A stretch of DNA of 64,000 nt from Ministeria vibrans ATCC 50519. Its lineage: Eukaryota; Protista; Filasterea. The translations under genes were made by a program, and so were the position numbers. Below the pieces are notes generated by a model. The model had not been told where the DNA came from. It did no database searches and saw nothing but the letters and a program-made list of their open reading frames with translations. The stretch spans positions 11,909 through 75,908 of the forward strand of contig CALSCP010000945.1 of assembly GCA_943704425.1 (NCBI GenBank), read 5' to 3'. Positions 51,023 through 64,000 of this stretch are shown one piece after another; position 1 is the stretch's first letter, and every line of letters begins with the position of its first letter.

Positions 51023-53478
51023 ATGGCGGCTGTAGCGAAAGCGGAGCCTCCTCCGCCCTTGCACATTGAAGAATCCAACCACTCCGTACGCCCCATCCGC
51101 CTTCTCCCTCCTCGCCCCCCCCTTTTCCCTTTTGGTTTGTCGTTTTTTTTTTTNNNNNNNNNNCTCCCTCTCTCTTCCCCCCTCCTCCTCTGCGGCGCCT
51201 CCCTTCCCGTCTTCTTCCCCGCAGCGCTCCACGGCGTGTTGGTCGCCGATCGCCACTGTCTTCGTCGTGATGAGACACACTCCAAAGACCCAAAAAAAAA
51301 AAAAAAAAAAAAAAAAACGAAAGAAGTGTCTCTCTCTCTCGTTGCTTATGGGTGCCCTGTGTACGCGCCCAGCGTCTGCGCTGCATGCGTCCCGCCTGTA
51401 TTCAGCCTGTCGTGCCGCATTTGGGTTTGAGCGATATCACTCACAATGCTGACGTATCACCAACACCCCCCTCATAACTCTCCTGCGCTCCCCTCGCCCA
51501 CCGCCCGCCCTCGTGGAGTCGCAGGGATGGGGGTAGAGTGCTGTACCGCTCATTCGTGTGGTCACCTACGCGATGGTTGTTCTGCCGTTCGCGTTTACAT
51601 TTTGTCTGTGGTCCACTTTGCATCTGTGCCGTCGATGCGTTGCTCTCTGGCCCTTCCACCGTTCGCCTGTGCGTCGTTCTCTTCTTCTATACCTGTGTAC
51701 TTGCCTGGCCGTGTGGACCATGCTCTTGATTTCATATCGAACTTGCGCTCACCTTTTTTCTTTCTTGTGGGGGGTTTTTTATTTTTGAAATCATTCTAGA
51801 CACAACAAACCAATGGGTGTGCCAACGGCACTGCGGCCTCTGCAGCGCCTGCTGCTGCTGCTGCTGCTGCTGCTGAGACTACCTCGATACCCACCATCAC
51901 CACCCCACCCGAGCCAGAGCCATCTGCGTCCCCTGTGGCGTCAGAACCGCTCACGTCCCTCTCGGGTGCCGCTTGGCTTGTCGAGCCCGCCGCGTCCGGT
52001 ACTGCGTCACAGCCCGTGACGCCTCCGCGTTCGCCGCTCCAGGAGAAGGCCCGGATCTCGTGGCAGAAGGTCCGAGACATGTCCAAAGTCATCATGTACT
52101 ACAATCGCCGTGGAATGGCCGTCCAAATTGCCGGGCACAAAGGTAGTCACGAATCAACCAAAAATAATACTACTTTTTATACTATTATTTTGTTTTGCAT
52201 TTCCAGACGCGTTTCGCAAAATGACTCCTGACACAGTCTGCAAGGAGGCAAATCCCATTGAAAAACGAGCGCTAGAGGTACAGAAGAGAGACGATGAAAG
52301 AGTCACATTACAACATCTTAACGGATGGAACGTAGATTCTGATGACTGATCCCCACATGCGGCAAGTGGTCCCTTTGTACCACGGACAGCTCACAGTCGA
52401 AGGAAAGGGTAAGACAATGATATAGAGTAAATTCATCCCCTTAACTCTTTTTTTTTCAGATTATTTGCAATTGGAGGATCTTTTGAAGCCGTTTAAGGAT
52501 CCCATTGTGATGGACATCAAAATGGGACTGAGAACCTTTCTTGAAAGTGAAGTCTCGAACCAGAAATTGAGATCCGATCTCCTCAAAAAACTTCTCAAGG
52601 TACACCACACCCTCCTCCTCTCCCACATTAACTTTCCTAAAAAAATCATTAATAATTATTGTCATCACAGTTGGACAAAACAGCGGCAACAGCAGAAGAG
52701 CTGGAACAGGATGGGATCACGAAACTTCGGTACATGCAATACCGTGAACAGCAGAGCAGCTCATCTACTCTGGGGTTCCGCATCGAGGGTCAAAAGGTAT
52801 CTTACGAGACTCATCACACACACAGTGGTAGTGTATCAAACTCACTCACATACAAATAATCATTGAATTTTACTTTACTCACACAATATATTTATTTCTC
52901 CGTTTAGTTGAGCGGTCGTGAGGTGAACAATGACTTTAAGTCTGTGCGGTTACGTTCAGATGTGCTTAAACATCTTCGTGAGTACATCCGTGCCCGACCC
53001 GAAATGAAGGTACGAACAAACACACACCCAGCCATACTGCAATAATTACTCTTATTGTCTGAGTAGACTCTGATGGGCCAACGACTGCGCACCATTCGTA
53101 CTGCATGTGAGGAGAGTGCGTTTTTCCGCACTCACGAGTGCATTGGCTCTTCTCTTCTCTTTGCCTATGACCTCGAGTACGCCTTTTATTTTTTTACCTA
53201 TTAATAATTTTCTTTCTCTTCTAACTCTTTCTCTTACGTTTCTTTCTTTTTTAATTAGCGGTCCCTTTAACATTTGGTGCATTGACTTTGGCAAAACGAT
53301 TGAGTGTGATCACCAGTTGTCGCACAGAGCAGAGTGGGTCAATGGGAACCAGTAAGAATTGTACACACATTACATCAAGCACAGTCGAACTCACACCTTT
53401 TGTTCCTTTTCTGCTTGTAGTGAGGATGGCTATTTGAAGGGAGTTGATGAGCTCATTAGTCTGTTTGATGACTTGTAA
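51023..53478 (+). CDS. Inositol-trisphosphate 3-kinase (IPK family); 5' exons uncertain
   Basis: [84 protein letters not shown]. Confidence 0.9.
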
Positions 53479-53952
53479 TGTGATGTGCTACCACAACAGA
53501 TTATAAGGGGGAAAGAGAACAAGGAAAACATCGAATACACACAAGAAAATTGTACAACACGGGGATCTTTTAGTAGACACCAGAGAGCACATGCTTTTTC
53601 AATAGCTTCACTGGCCAACGGTCAACCCTGACCATCTACCCTCTTTCCTTGTAATCTCTCGCGTTTTTGTTGGAGACGCGCAGTCTTCTTATCTCCCACG
53701 TGAATGATAGTGTGGTTGGTTGGGATGACAATACGTCCAAATTCCTCGAATTCTTCGTAAGCTTGTTGCAAGAGCGTGTCTGTGGGGGCTTCATCTAAAT
53801 CATCTTCTTGATCTTCTTGTGGCTAGCCTATATGGCGGAAGAATTGTACTACTTTACGCTTTCAACTTTCTGAGTCGTACAATCAACACGTTTCACAGTT
53901 TCACTTTATCACTTGAACCAATCACTTTTTGTACTACATATTAATGTTAAAT

Positions 53953-55101
<1,149 letters not shown>

Positions 55102-55166
55102 GGACGCATTGAAATGAAGTTACATAATAAAAATTTTTTTTATTATTTTTACATTATTATTTTCTA

Positions 55167-56369
55167 CTATAATCCATTAGTGGCTCCACTGTGGAAGGCA
55201 CTCATGGCGTCGCTGAGCTCGAGCGGAGCAAACAGTGATGAGTTGAGACGCTTTGGGAAACGCTGTTCGACTGTCTCCGGTGAAAAATCCCAACGAAGCG
55301 TCTGGTTGACAAGGAGAGCATCGTGAACGGGTGTGCCCGGTCGCGGGCTCAGGGTGGGGCAGAGGGTGTCGGCGAGCAGCGAGAGCACTTGAAAGGTGCA
55401 CGCGAGCAGAGCACGCCCAGTCAGGTGTGCCCCATGGCCCACCGCACCACCCTGATGCGCAATGTCTGAGTAGCGTAGAAAGGAAACGCCGTCGAGAACA
55501 GCGTCGCGCATCCACTGACGCGTAGGTGTAGCATAAGTGTGTACAAATATGGCGTGGAGTTGGCGGTAGAGTGCGTCGGCATGTTCGGCGCGGTACTCGT
55601 CGTCGTCGGTTGACTGACGGATGGTTACAACTACCTGGTCAACCTTGCGCTCGGATTGATGTTGAGGCCCACCGCGCTGCAACAGTGTGCGTAGAAAGGG
55701 CGCGCGCAAACGCCAACCGTCGTAGAAAATCCATTTGCGCTCGGGACACTGACTGAGACACCGCCTGTCCTGCACACTCGCATTGCTAGGGTTTGCGGGA
55801 ACACCACGCAGATAAAGCGAAACACACTGGGTGGGGGTGCAGTCGGGGGCCGTCCAGCGCAGTTGAGGCTGCCAGTAGAACTCGAGTTGGACGTTATGCT
55901 GTGCAGAGCGAAAGCGATAGTCTTGAAAACGCGTCTGGCGAAGGTTCTCGCAGGCCAGCTCGTGCCCCACTCTGCTGCTGCCCTGTGCAGGCTTGGGCCA
56001 GCGTGCGTCGACGAGACGAGACGCGCCGTCGCTCAGCACATCGGCAGCACAACGAAACAGATTTCGATCGTGACTGTTCCCCACAAACGCAATGGTACGG
56101 CCACGAAGACACTGCTGCAGCCGCCGCCCCGAGCGATACACGCGGTACGAGCAGTCGTACGGCACAAACAAGTCGGTGTCGGCATCCCACACGCCCTCTT
56201 GCTCGTCAGGTCCGCGACACGCTCTGCGACGCACCTGCGTCTCTTGCTGTGAGCCCTTGCGCGGCGGCAGCGGCGGTGGCAGCGGCGTACTGCTCAGCAG
56301 AATCGCATAGCCAATGACTCCCAAGCCGGCCAGGGCGATTAGGGCGGGAATGAGCGAGCGAGCCAGCAG
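55167..56369 (-). CDS. Type II membrane PC-esterase/SGNH-like (TBL/NXPE-like) protein; start codon unclear
   Basis: N-terminal signal anchor, Pro-rich stem, W..FVPYDC, CLRGRTIAFVGNSHDRNLF, LEFYW, distal GAH. Confidence 0.65.
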   Translation of the reverse strand: MLARSLIPALIALAGLGVIGYAILLSSTPLPPPLPPRKGSQQETQVRRRACRGPDEQEGVWDADTDLFVPYDCSYRVYRSGRRLQQCLRGRTIAFVGNSHDRNLFRCAADVLSDGASRLVDARWPKPAQGSSRVGHELACENLRQTRFQDYRFRSAQHNVQLEFYWQPQLRWTAPDCTPTQCVSLYLRGVPANPSNASVQDRRCLSQCPERKWIFYDGWRLRAPFLRTLLQRGGPQHQSERKVDQVVVTIRQSTDDDEYRAEHADALYRQLHAIFVHTYATPTRQWMRDAVLDGVSFLRYSDIAHQGGAVGHGAHLTGRALLACTFQVLSLLADTLCPTLSPRPGTPVHDALLVNQTLRWDFSPETVEQRFPKRLNSSLFAPLELSDAMSAFHSGATNGL

Positions 56370-56601
56370 GTTGAAAAAAATAATGAATAAGATAATTAAA
56401 ATTAATTGAATTTTCAATGTTGATCGGGAAATGGAACAGAGAAAATGACCACACGAACATTCTAAAGTTAGATCGTTATGTGTAAGCTACAAGAGTAGTA
56501 TTGAGGGGGGTCTGGGGGAGGTGTTTCATCAAAAAAATTTTATTGGCAAATCGAGATATATATTGAGAGTCAAGGTGAGACATGCAGAATGACAATCAAA
56601 T

Positions 56602-57085
56602 TCATTGTTTGTTCTTCAAGGGTCTTTGGCGAATTTCGATGTGGCAGTGCGCGACGAGCTTGTCGAGGAACGACTGGTGGATGGCTTCAATCTCAGCCTT
56701 GGTAAATGTTTTGTCCATGGAGCGGTAGACGATGGAGTAGGCGAGGGAGCGACGGTCGTCGCTGTTGGTGAAGTCGTCGATGCACTTGACGGACTCGACG
56801 AGATCGCCGGCTGTGTCGCGGATGAGCTCCATGAGGGTGTTCTCGTGGAACGGGTGAAGAGTGGACGGCGGCAGCCAGAAAGAGACGTCGCGACGGGCAG
56901 CAGGGTACTTGCTGAACGGCTGGAAGACTATAGTGTCGGCTGGGACAAGGTCAGAGAACTGGCTGAGAAAGCGGGTGTCTATTGGTGAGCCAGAAAGAAC
57001 GTTAGTCAGAGTCTCGTTGTGTATGTGCGTGTGAATGTCTTTGTGTTGTATATAGTTATAATAATAATTATATAAGTATTATGTC

Positions 57086-57124
<39 letters not shown>

Positions 57125-58115
57125 AACCTGTGCTCCAGAAAAGTCGAATGTCGGGAATAGAGTAAAGCGCCATCGCAATACGCTCCAATCCAATACCAAA
57201 GGCCCATCCAATGCGATCACTAGCGCCTAACACAAAGACACAACGTCAAGTCCAGTCAAAAATCAAATGGGGTGGCTTTTACCCGCACTGTCCAGAATAC
57301 GCTGCTCAATGACTCCCGAGCCCAAGATCTCCATCCACTCCCCATTGTACAGAACCTCCAGCTCATACGATGGGTGAGTGAACGGGAAGTACGCAGGAAC
57401 CCATCGGATTTCAGAGGCCGGAAACAGGTCCCTATAAATAAATATAAAAAAAAACAGAGAGAGCACATAAAAATAATAAGTAATAAACAATCATGTTCCA
57501 ACAGGCGATGAATAATTGTGTACGCTGCAATTTTCTCTAAGATTTCCTTTAGATCGGTACAAACTTCTTCAGCTTGTGCAATCGAGTGAGTCTCCTGAAG
57601 ACAGAGAGAGAAAAAAGTGTAAATTGAATGAGAGAGCACAAAGACAATAACAAAAATCAAAAACATTATAATAATAATAATTATTATAATTATTATATTT
57701 TTTTCCTTCATCTCCATCACTGTCTTTTCCCCCTTCTTCATCCCCATTACTTTCTTTCTCCCTCCTTTCTCTCTCTCTTTCTATCACTTTGATTTTTTCT
57801 CCCCTTCTCTCCCTCAGGGTGTGGTGCGTTACCTGACTGGCAGGACATCGGTCCTTCTTGGGCTGAGCACCGCCCAGAGACGCAATTGGCTGCGTGTACA
57901 CGCCTTCAATTTGATGGAAGACTGGGTAGTGCGTTCGGTCAATTTCGTCGCGACGGTACACGTCACCTGTAAAAAGAAAAGAGAAAAAATTCAATTGTGT
58001 CATGCTGTGCATTCTGTTTACCACAAACAAGGAAGGCCGAGTTGCCACCTCGAATCAAGTGAGCCTAAAGAGAGACACCAAATAAAAAAATAAAAATAAA
58101 AACGAATGATAACAG

Positions 58116-58153
<38 letters not shown>

Positions 58154-58645
58154 TGGGGGCGGCGCACCTGGTGGGCACTGGTGTGTGTGCGCAAGACGTG
58201 CGTGTGCTCCCTGTCCACATAGTACGTGTCGCTCTCGGCACGCGAAACATGATCGGCCGGCACCAGGAGCGAGTCGAAGTTATCGTACGATGGGACCACT
58301 GTCGGAAAGAAGGCAGCGGTGAGGCTTTGGCGAGGCAGCGACCAGTGTGACTTACCGGGCGCAAGTTGATCGAACATTTTGAAGTTGGGCAGCAGCGCTT
58401 GTATACGGTTTTTGACAAGGTTCAGGGGATGGTGGGGCTGTAAATGAAGGTTTCGACCGATCTACATACGACGCAGCAGCGTGTGAGCACAGGAATAGGA
58501 GAGGAGCCCTCTCGACCTTTTCGGCAATTTTCGGTGTGATGTTTCCGCCTTTGTTCAGCACGTCGTTCGCTGCAGAGCCGGAGACGGTCGAAGACAGTCG
58601 TCTTAAAGGCGCCACGATGGTACGCGGGTGTGATAGCTTGAGCAT
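56602..58645 (-). CDS. FARS2: Mitochondrial phenylalanyl-tRNA synthetase
   Basis: Presequence-like N-terminus; [27 protein letters not shown]; [18 protein letters not shown]; [12 protein letters not shown]; [13 protein letters not shown]; FDX-ACB C-terminus. Confidence 0.96.
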
Positions 58646-59073
58646 TTGTGAGAAAAAAAATTGATCAAAAAAATTTCGGCGGTCGACTGTCGACCGAACG
58701 TAAAAATCACTAGTCGATGGACGAAAGTTTCATCACTATTTCATTGATCATTCAAAAGTTTTTCAATATCGCGTCACTTGTCTGGCCATCAGCCAACCTG
58801 TCTCCGCTCCCTCTCGACGCTCCCGTAGCTTAGAAAGTGGTTCTGAGCTGTTTGTGTTGACGTTTGTGATTGATAATAATTATTAGTTTCGTGTGTTTCA
58901 AGATTCAACTTTCAATTTCAACAGTTTTTCTATCTTTCTTCTTTGTTGGCATCAACGACATGTATACAGGGAGTACGTAGCGCAACGCAACCAAATGCGG
59001 CTGGCGCGACAGTAGGGGGGGGAAGGCAAGTCACATCGCATGGGCGTTACATCATCATGTCACATTGTGCAAT

Positions 59074-59167
59074 CCGATGATGAAACCATTCATCTCTTCG
59101 GAGCGTGGCACGTCCTTTGTTGTGGATGAAGCCCGCTGTGAAGAAGATCATGAACGGGTATCTGAGG
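59074..59167 (+). ncRNA. Candidate box C/D snoRNA inside an intron (58973-59235) of an apparently non-coding transcript
   Basis: Box C ATGATGA at 59077-59083, box D CTGA at 59162-59165, flanking CC/GG stem; GTACGT donor, CTGAT branch-like site, pyrimidine tract and CAG 70 nt after box D. Confidence 0.55.
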
Positions 59168-59445
59168 CTTGGTGGCACTCACAAAGACCCTTTTTGCGTT
59201 CATTTCTGATTTTCTTTCCTTCTCTCCGTCCACAGTGTTCTGCTGATGACGAGCACCAGCGTTACCGTTGAACCACTGCAGGCAGGCAGGCAGACCCGCC
59301 GCAGGGATCTTCTATTGTCCGGTCAATGAGTGTACAATGAGAACCAAATTCGAGAATCGTATTAATGATTCAGTCACGTTGATTTATTAGAAGAATACAA
59401 GCCATTTATTAATGATACAGTCACATTGATTTATGAAAAACACAT

Positions 59446-60069
59446 AGAATGCAACCCATTTATTAATGATACAGTCACCACGCGAAGACACAGCCAGGCC
59501 GCCTTGCAAACTCAACCGAAACTCTAGAGGTAACATGGGAGAACAGTGGCAGGTCATAGTGCTGTGTCGACGCTATCCAGTGAGGCAATCGCAATGGTAC
59601 GCCATCCCCCCAGAGGAGGCTTAGGGCTCTGACACCATGATGGTGTCTGTCGGCAAGGAGTGTCAAGTCGAAGTCGTGGTTGAAGCAATCGGATCGGTGG
59701 TCGGCGGCGGCACGTCCAGGTGGCTGCGGGGCGCTCCCGTGGTACACAGGCGGCGCGGGTCGGCTGCAGGGCGGCTGGTGTGCTTGTTGTCGTGACTGTG
59801 TGCTAGATTATGAGGATAGATATATGGATGGGTGGGTGGGGGGACGAGGGGTTCGGAAGGGTGAGTCAATGGGTGGCGTTGACGGCGACGATGAAGCATT
59901 TGTACATCTCCCCCAGGGGATGAAGTGCTTCATAGTGCGTGTCATTGGTCGCGCGCAATGCCTCGGCAAGGGTCTTGCCGACCAGTGAGTCGTGTCGGTG
60001 TCGGTACACCGCTGGGTGAGCACAGTGGAGCAGGAAGTGTTCCGGGCTCTCCAGCGGTGGTTGTTGCAG

Positions 60070-60100
<31 letters not shown>

Positions 60101-61331
60101 GGCTGTGGGATGGCTGCGCACGCCCGACACCGGAACGTGTCGACCGACGCGCCGGCGGGGATGTTGAAGCGCGCAAAAGCTGGGCCCGCCATGCCCCGGC
60201 TGATGCAGGTGGTGCCCGTGATGAGTGCGTTGCAGCGCAGCAGTAGCAGCACTTGCCCCGATCTCTTCGGCATCTTGCTCAGGTACTTGGATGTGCTCAG
60301 TGGGTTGTACCTCCTGTCTTTGAGTGGCGACGCGCTCGTAGGTCCGCTGAGGCTGGGCGTGTCTTGGAGACGCGCTCGCCACTCGTAGAAGAAGAATACA
60401 ACCCATTTATTAATGATACAGTCACCACGCGAAGACACGGCCAGACCGCCTTGCAAACTCAACCGAAACTCTAGAGGTAACATGGGAGAACAGTGGCAGG
60501 TCATAGTGCTGTGTCGACGCTATCCAGTGAGGCAATCGCAATGGTACGCCATCCCCCCAGAGNNNNNNNNNNNNNNNNNNNNNNNNNNNNNNNNNNNNNN
60601 NNNNNNNNNNNNNNNNNNNNNNNNNNNNNNNNNNNNNNNNNNNNNNNNNNNNNNNNNNNNNNNNNNNNNNNNNNNNNNNNNNNNNNNNNNNNNNNNNNNN
60701 NNNNNNNNNNNNNNNNNNNNNNNNNNNNNNNNNNNNNNNNNNNNNNNNNNNNNNNNNNNNNNNNNNNNNNNNNNNNNNNNNNNNNNNNNNNNNNNNNNNN
60801 NNNNNNNNNNNNNNNNNNNNNNNNNNNNNNNNNNNNNNNNNNNNNNNNNNNNNNNNNNNNNNNNNNNNNNNNNNNNNNNNNNNNNNNNNNNNNNNNNNNN
60901 NNNNNNNNNNNNNNNNNNNNNNNNNNNNNNNNNNNNNNNNNNNNNNNNNNNNNNNNNNNNNNNNNNNNNNNNNNNNNNNNNNNNNNNNNNNNNNNNNNNN
61001 NNNNNNNNNNNNNNNGTTGTTGTTGTTGTTGTTGTTGTGGCTGTGGGATGGCAGCGCACGCCCGACACCGGAACGTGTCGACCGATGCGCCGGCGGGAGT
61101 GTTGAAGCGCGCAAAAGCTGGGCCCATCATGCCCCGGCTGATGCAGGTAGTGGCCGTGATGAGTGCGTTGCAGCGCAGCAGTAGCAGCACTTGCCCCGAT
61201 CTAAGAAATCTCTTCGGCATCTTGCTCAGGCACTTATGTGCTCAGTGGGTTGTACCTCCTGTTTTTGAGTGGCGACGCGCTCGTAGGTCCGCTAAGGCTG
61301 GGCGTGTCTTGGAGGCGCGCTCGCCACTCGT
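59446..61331 (-). mobile_element. Two tandem ~0.94-kb 3' fragments of a non-LTR retrotransposon-like element
   Basis: Direct repeats ~59446-60387 and ~60388-61331 (the second spans a gap). Minus-strand ORF with LLLRCNAL..CRAC..ESPEHFLLHC, resembling the C-terminal CCHC zinc finger of LINE ORF2; AATAAA at the terminus. Confidence 0.6.
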
Positions 61332-61389
61332 TTGTGCACAGGCAATAAAATATTACAGATTATTGAAATAGGAAAATAAAAATAATATT

Positions 61390-61860
61390 AATAGAGAATC
61401 GAGAGCTGTACTCAATGTCAAAACAAAGGACAACAAGAGCAGCACAATACTTCCGCCGTAGACTTCAAGACGCGAATGTCCCCAAAGAAGCCCATAGACC
61501 CACTGATACACCCATGAGAAGAAGGTACGGAGGCGCAGGTAGACCCTGTACACGGCAGTCCCAATAAGAGTACAGATAATAGAAATAATGTAGAAATCGA
61601 CTCTCAAAGTCCCAATCACTACTCACTCGGATTTAGTCGCTTTCGCCAGCGTGACTTGGTGTCGTTTTCAAGAAAAAAGAAAGGGGCACCGATCTCAGCA
61701 GTCCGCGGATGATAAAGAAAGCGCCGCCGACGGCCAAAATCTCAATTCCGACGGAACTCCGATCGAATCCATCCCGAGCTAGATCGGAAATAATCAAAAC
61801 ACAGTCAACACTCAACAGTGCATTTCCCTCCCTTCCCCACTATTGCAACCTTGCAATCGA
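61390..61860. repeat. Dispersed repeat family B, longest copy
   Basis: Left terminus shared with 27380-27403 and 39755-39950. Confidence 0.65.
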
Positions 61861-61891
61861 CGATCAATAAGAGTATCTCTCGCCACTCACG

Positions 61892-63947
61892 ATGGGAGAC
61901 ATTGAAATGAATCCAGTGTCAAAGATGAACCTAATTTCAGGCGCTGGTGGTAACACACGCGCATGCGTGGCAGTTTGAAAGTGCCCCACAGCCCATCACA
62001 CGCTTCTGCTTTGCATTTCGTCCGCCGCATGCAGATCACAGTATGATGAACGGCCATGATGTCCGCTCCGAGTCGCTCACCGACCGCTCCGACAAGCTCC
62101 AAGTGGTCTTCAAAGATCTGCGAATGGTTGTCACCAAAATGGTCCCGGTCTCCAAACGCCCCTGCGCCAAGAAGGTCGACTTCCTCCTCATTCACAATGC
62201 CTTTGCACTGCCTTTACACCCCCCTGTGCGCGCCGATATGGCGCCGATTCCTTGTACTTTTTGCAGATTCCGGAGGAAAAGGAAATTCTACATGGCCTAA
62301 GCGGCGTTTTTCAGCCGGGTCACTTTTCCGCCATCATGGGCGCCTCTGGTGCCGGCAAGGTACACCACACACACACACACACACACACATTGCCCATGGG
62401 TGTTGCAGATGGATGAAGACCCTCTCCTCGCACGGCTTTCCCTCCGCTGTGTTATCCTTCAATCAATGGTTTGTTTAGACTTCCCTCCTGAACGCTGTCG
62501 CGGGAAATCTCGACGGTTACAGCGGTGCGACAGTCTCGGGCGAGGTCCTTGTCAATGGTGTCCATGTGCCAGCCAAGATGATGCGCAAACTCAGTGGCTT
62601 TGTCTTTCAAGATGATGTCATTCTCGACACTATGACAGTACGTTCGCTGACTGCATCGTCTGTTTTGTTTTGAACAAAGCACACGTCTCTTATATAGGTG
62701 CGCGAGGCAGTCGCAATGAGCGCCCTTCTGCGTCTGCCCAACGAAGTGAACGTGGAAGACAAGATGATTCGTGTGGACGAGGCCATTTCAATCCTTCACT
62801 TGGACAAGGCCAAGAACACTCAGGTCGGAAGCCCCCACAAAAAGGTACCAACACTACGCCATAGAGTCTTCTTTGTGTTGGGGCGCGGTTGAATAAGGTA
62901 CATAGGGCATTTCGGGAGGAGAGCGAAAGCGCACCAGTGTTGCAATGGAAATGGTCACCAATCCGTCCATTCTCTTCCTCGACGAACCCACAAGGTAATT
63001 CATACGAGTGCTATGTTTATTGTTATATATATGCGTATTCATCACTCTCTTTGTGTATGTGTGTGTGTGTCTGATGTAGTGGTTTGGACACGTTCACTGC
63101 GTACAGTGTCATCTACACTCTCACACAACTCGCCAAAAGTGGACGCACACTCATTGCAACAGTACCCTACTAAAAACGAAAGACAGTGCCCGACGCAACG
63201 CCTCATCATGCTATGCATATAGATTCATCAGCCCTCGAGTGACATTTATCATCTGTTTGATGATCTTCTGTTGCTGTCGGGGGGTAATGTGCTGTACAAC
63301 GGCAATGCTGCCCGTTGTATCGACTACTTTGCCAATCTCGGCTATCAGGTCACACAAAAAACACACATATCTCAGTTTCTCTCTATCACTGTGTTTTCAT
63401 ATACTATATTATACAATACATTGTCATGACACATAGAGAGTCAAATGCTCTCTCTCTCTCTCTTAATTTCGTTTACACACCACTTACTTTGTGTACATGT
63501 GTGTGTTTGTAGTGTCCCAAATTCACAAATCCTGCTGATTACTACTTTATGAGTGTGATCAATGACGTGAAGACTGACGTTGCGGGCGAAAACAGCATCG
63601 CTACACTCCTCAAGGTACAATTTTATGTACTGTCTTTGACTGAAAGAGCGTATATAATTATGATATTGTGTGTGTGTGCGTAATAGGGAGTGAAAAATGG
63701 AACGCATTTGACACTGAAGGATGTACCTGCGTCAACAACCACAAGCACAATGAAAAATACGAACATGAATGAGTCTGTGGAGGTGGATGTGTCGCACTTG
63801 GCCCGCCGGGAGAGCGATGCAGTGGTCGTGATGGACCCGGCGGACCGCAAGGCGGCGCACCAGAGCGAAGTCGATGCGCTCGTGGCGTCCTGGCCGACCT
63901 CAGCAGAGGTACATTATGAGCAGGGCACACACACACACACACACACA

Positions 63948-64000
<53 letters not shown>
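61892..64000 (+). CDS. ABCG (White-like) ABC transporter, 5' part
   Basis: [93 protein letters not shown]. Confidence 0.95.

Noticed and set aside
59000-59170. U3 snoRNA
   Set aside because: B/C-like elements are present, but there is no recognisable 5' box A/A' domain and the RNA is too short; kept only as a generic C/D candidate.
59240-59280. CTGATGA as a hammerhead ribozyme core near the retroelement
   Set aside because: No correctly placed GAAA or stems II/III could be found.
61353-61619. Hydrophobic 88-aa minus-strand ORF as a membrane protein
   Set aside because: Non-ATG start, lies within dispersed repeat B, and its hydrophobicity follows from T-rich composition.

Overview
Gene-dense, intron-containing eukaryotic DNA with GC-rich exons, AT- and microsatellite-rich introns and several N gaps. 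It is probably from a unicellular eukaryote, possibly near the opisthokonts or holozoans (inference only). Gene order: SUV4-20-type H4K20 methyltransferase (-, runs off the left edge), head-to-head with a full-length FANCM (+); a claudin/PMP22-superfamily tetraspan protein with a long Tyr-motif (EPIYA) tail (+); a myristoylation-motif helical-repeat plus APH-like pseudokinase protein (+); two tandem ~11-kb paralogous genes for giant secreted EGF-repeat/LamG proteins (+); RBM26/27 (+); VPS25 (-); CTL/SLC44 (-); NRAMP (-); IP3 3-kinase (+); a class I SAM methyltransferase (+); a PC-esterase/SGNH-like type II membrane protein (-); mitochondrial PheRS (-); a candidate intronic C/D snoRNA; tandem retroelement 3' fragments; and an ABCG transporter (+, runs off the right edge). 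The most unusual element is the EGF gene pair. At least eight EGF modules are split between Cys3 and Cys4 by whole globular domains of four kinds that resemble bacterial surface-protein domains. A short hydrophobic loop recurs at the same site with an exact 603-bp period, all eight internal introns are phase 0 at one homologous position, and the paralogs share homogenised repeat blocks. All family assignments come from motif recognition by eye; no database searches were run.
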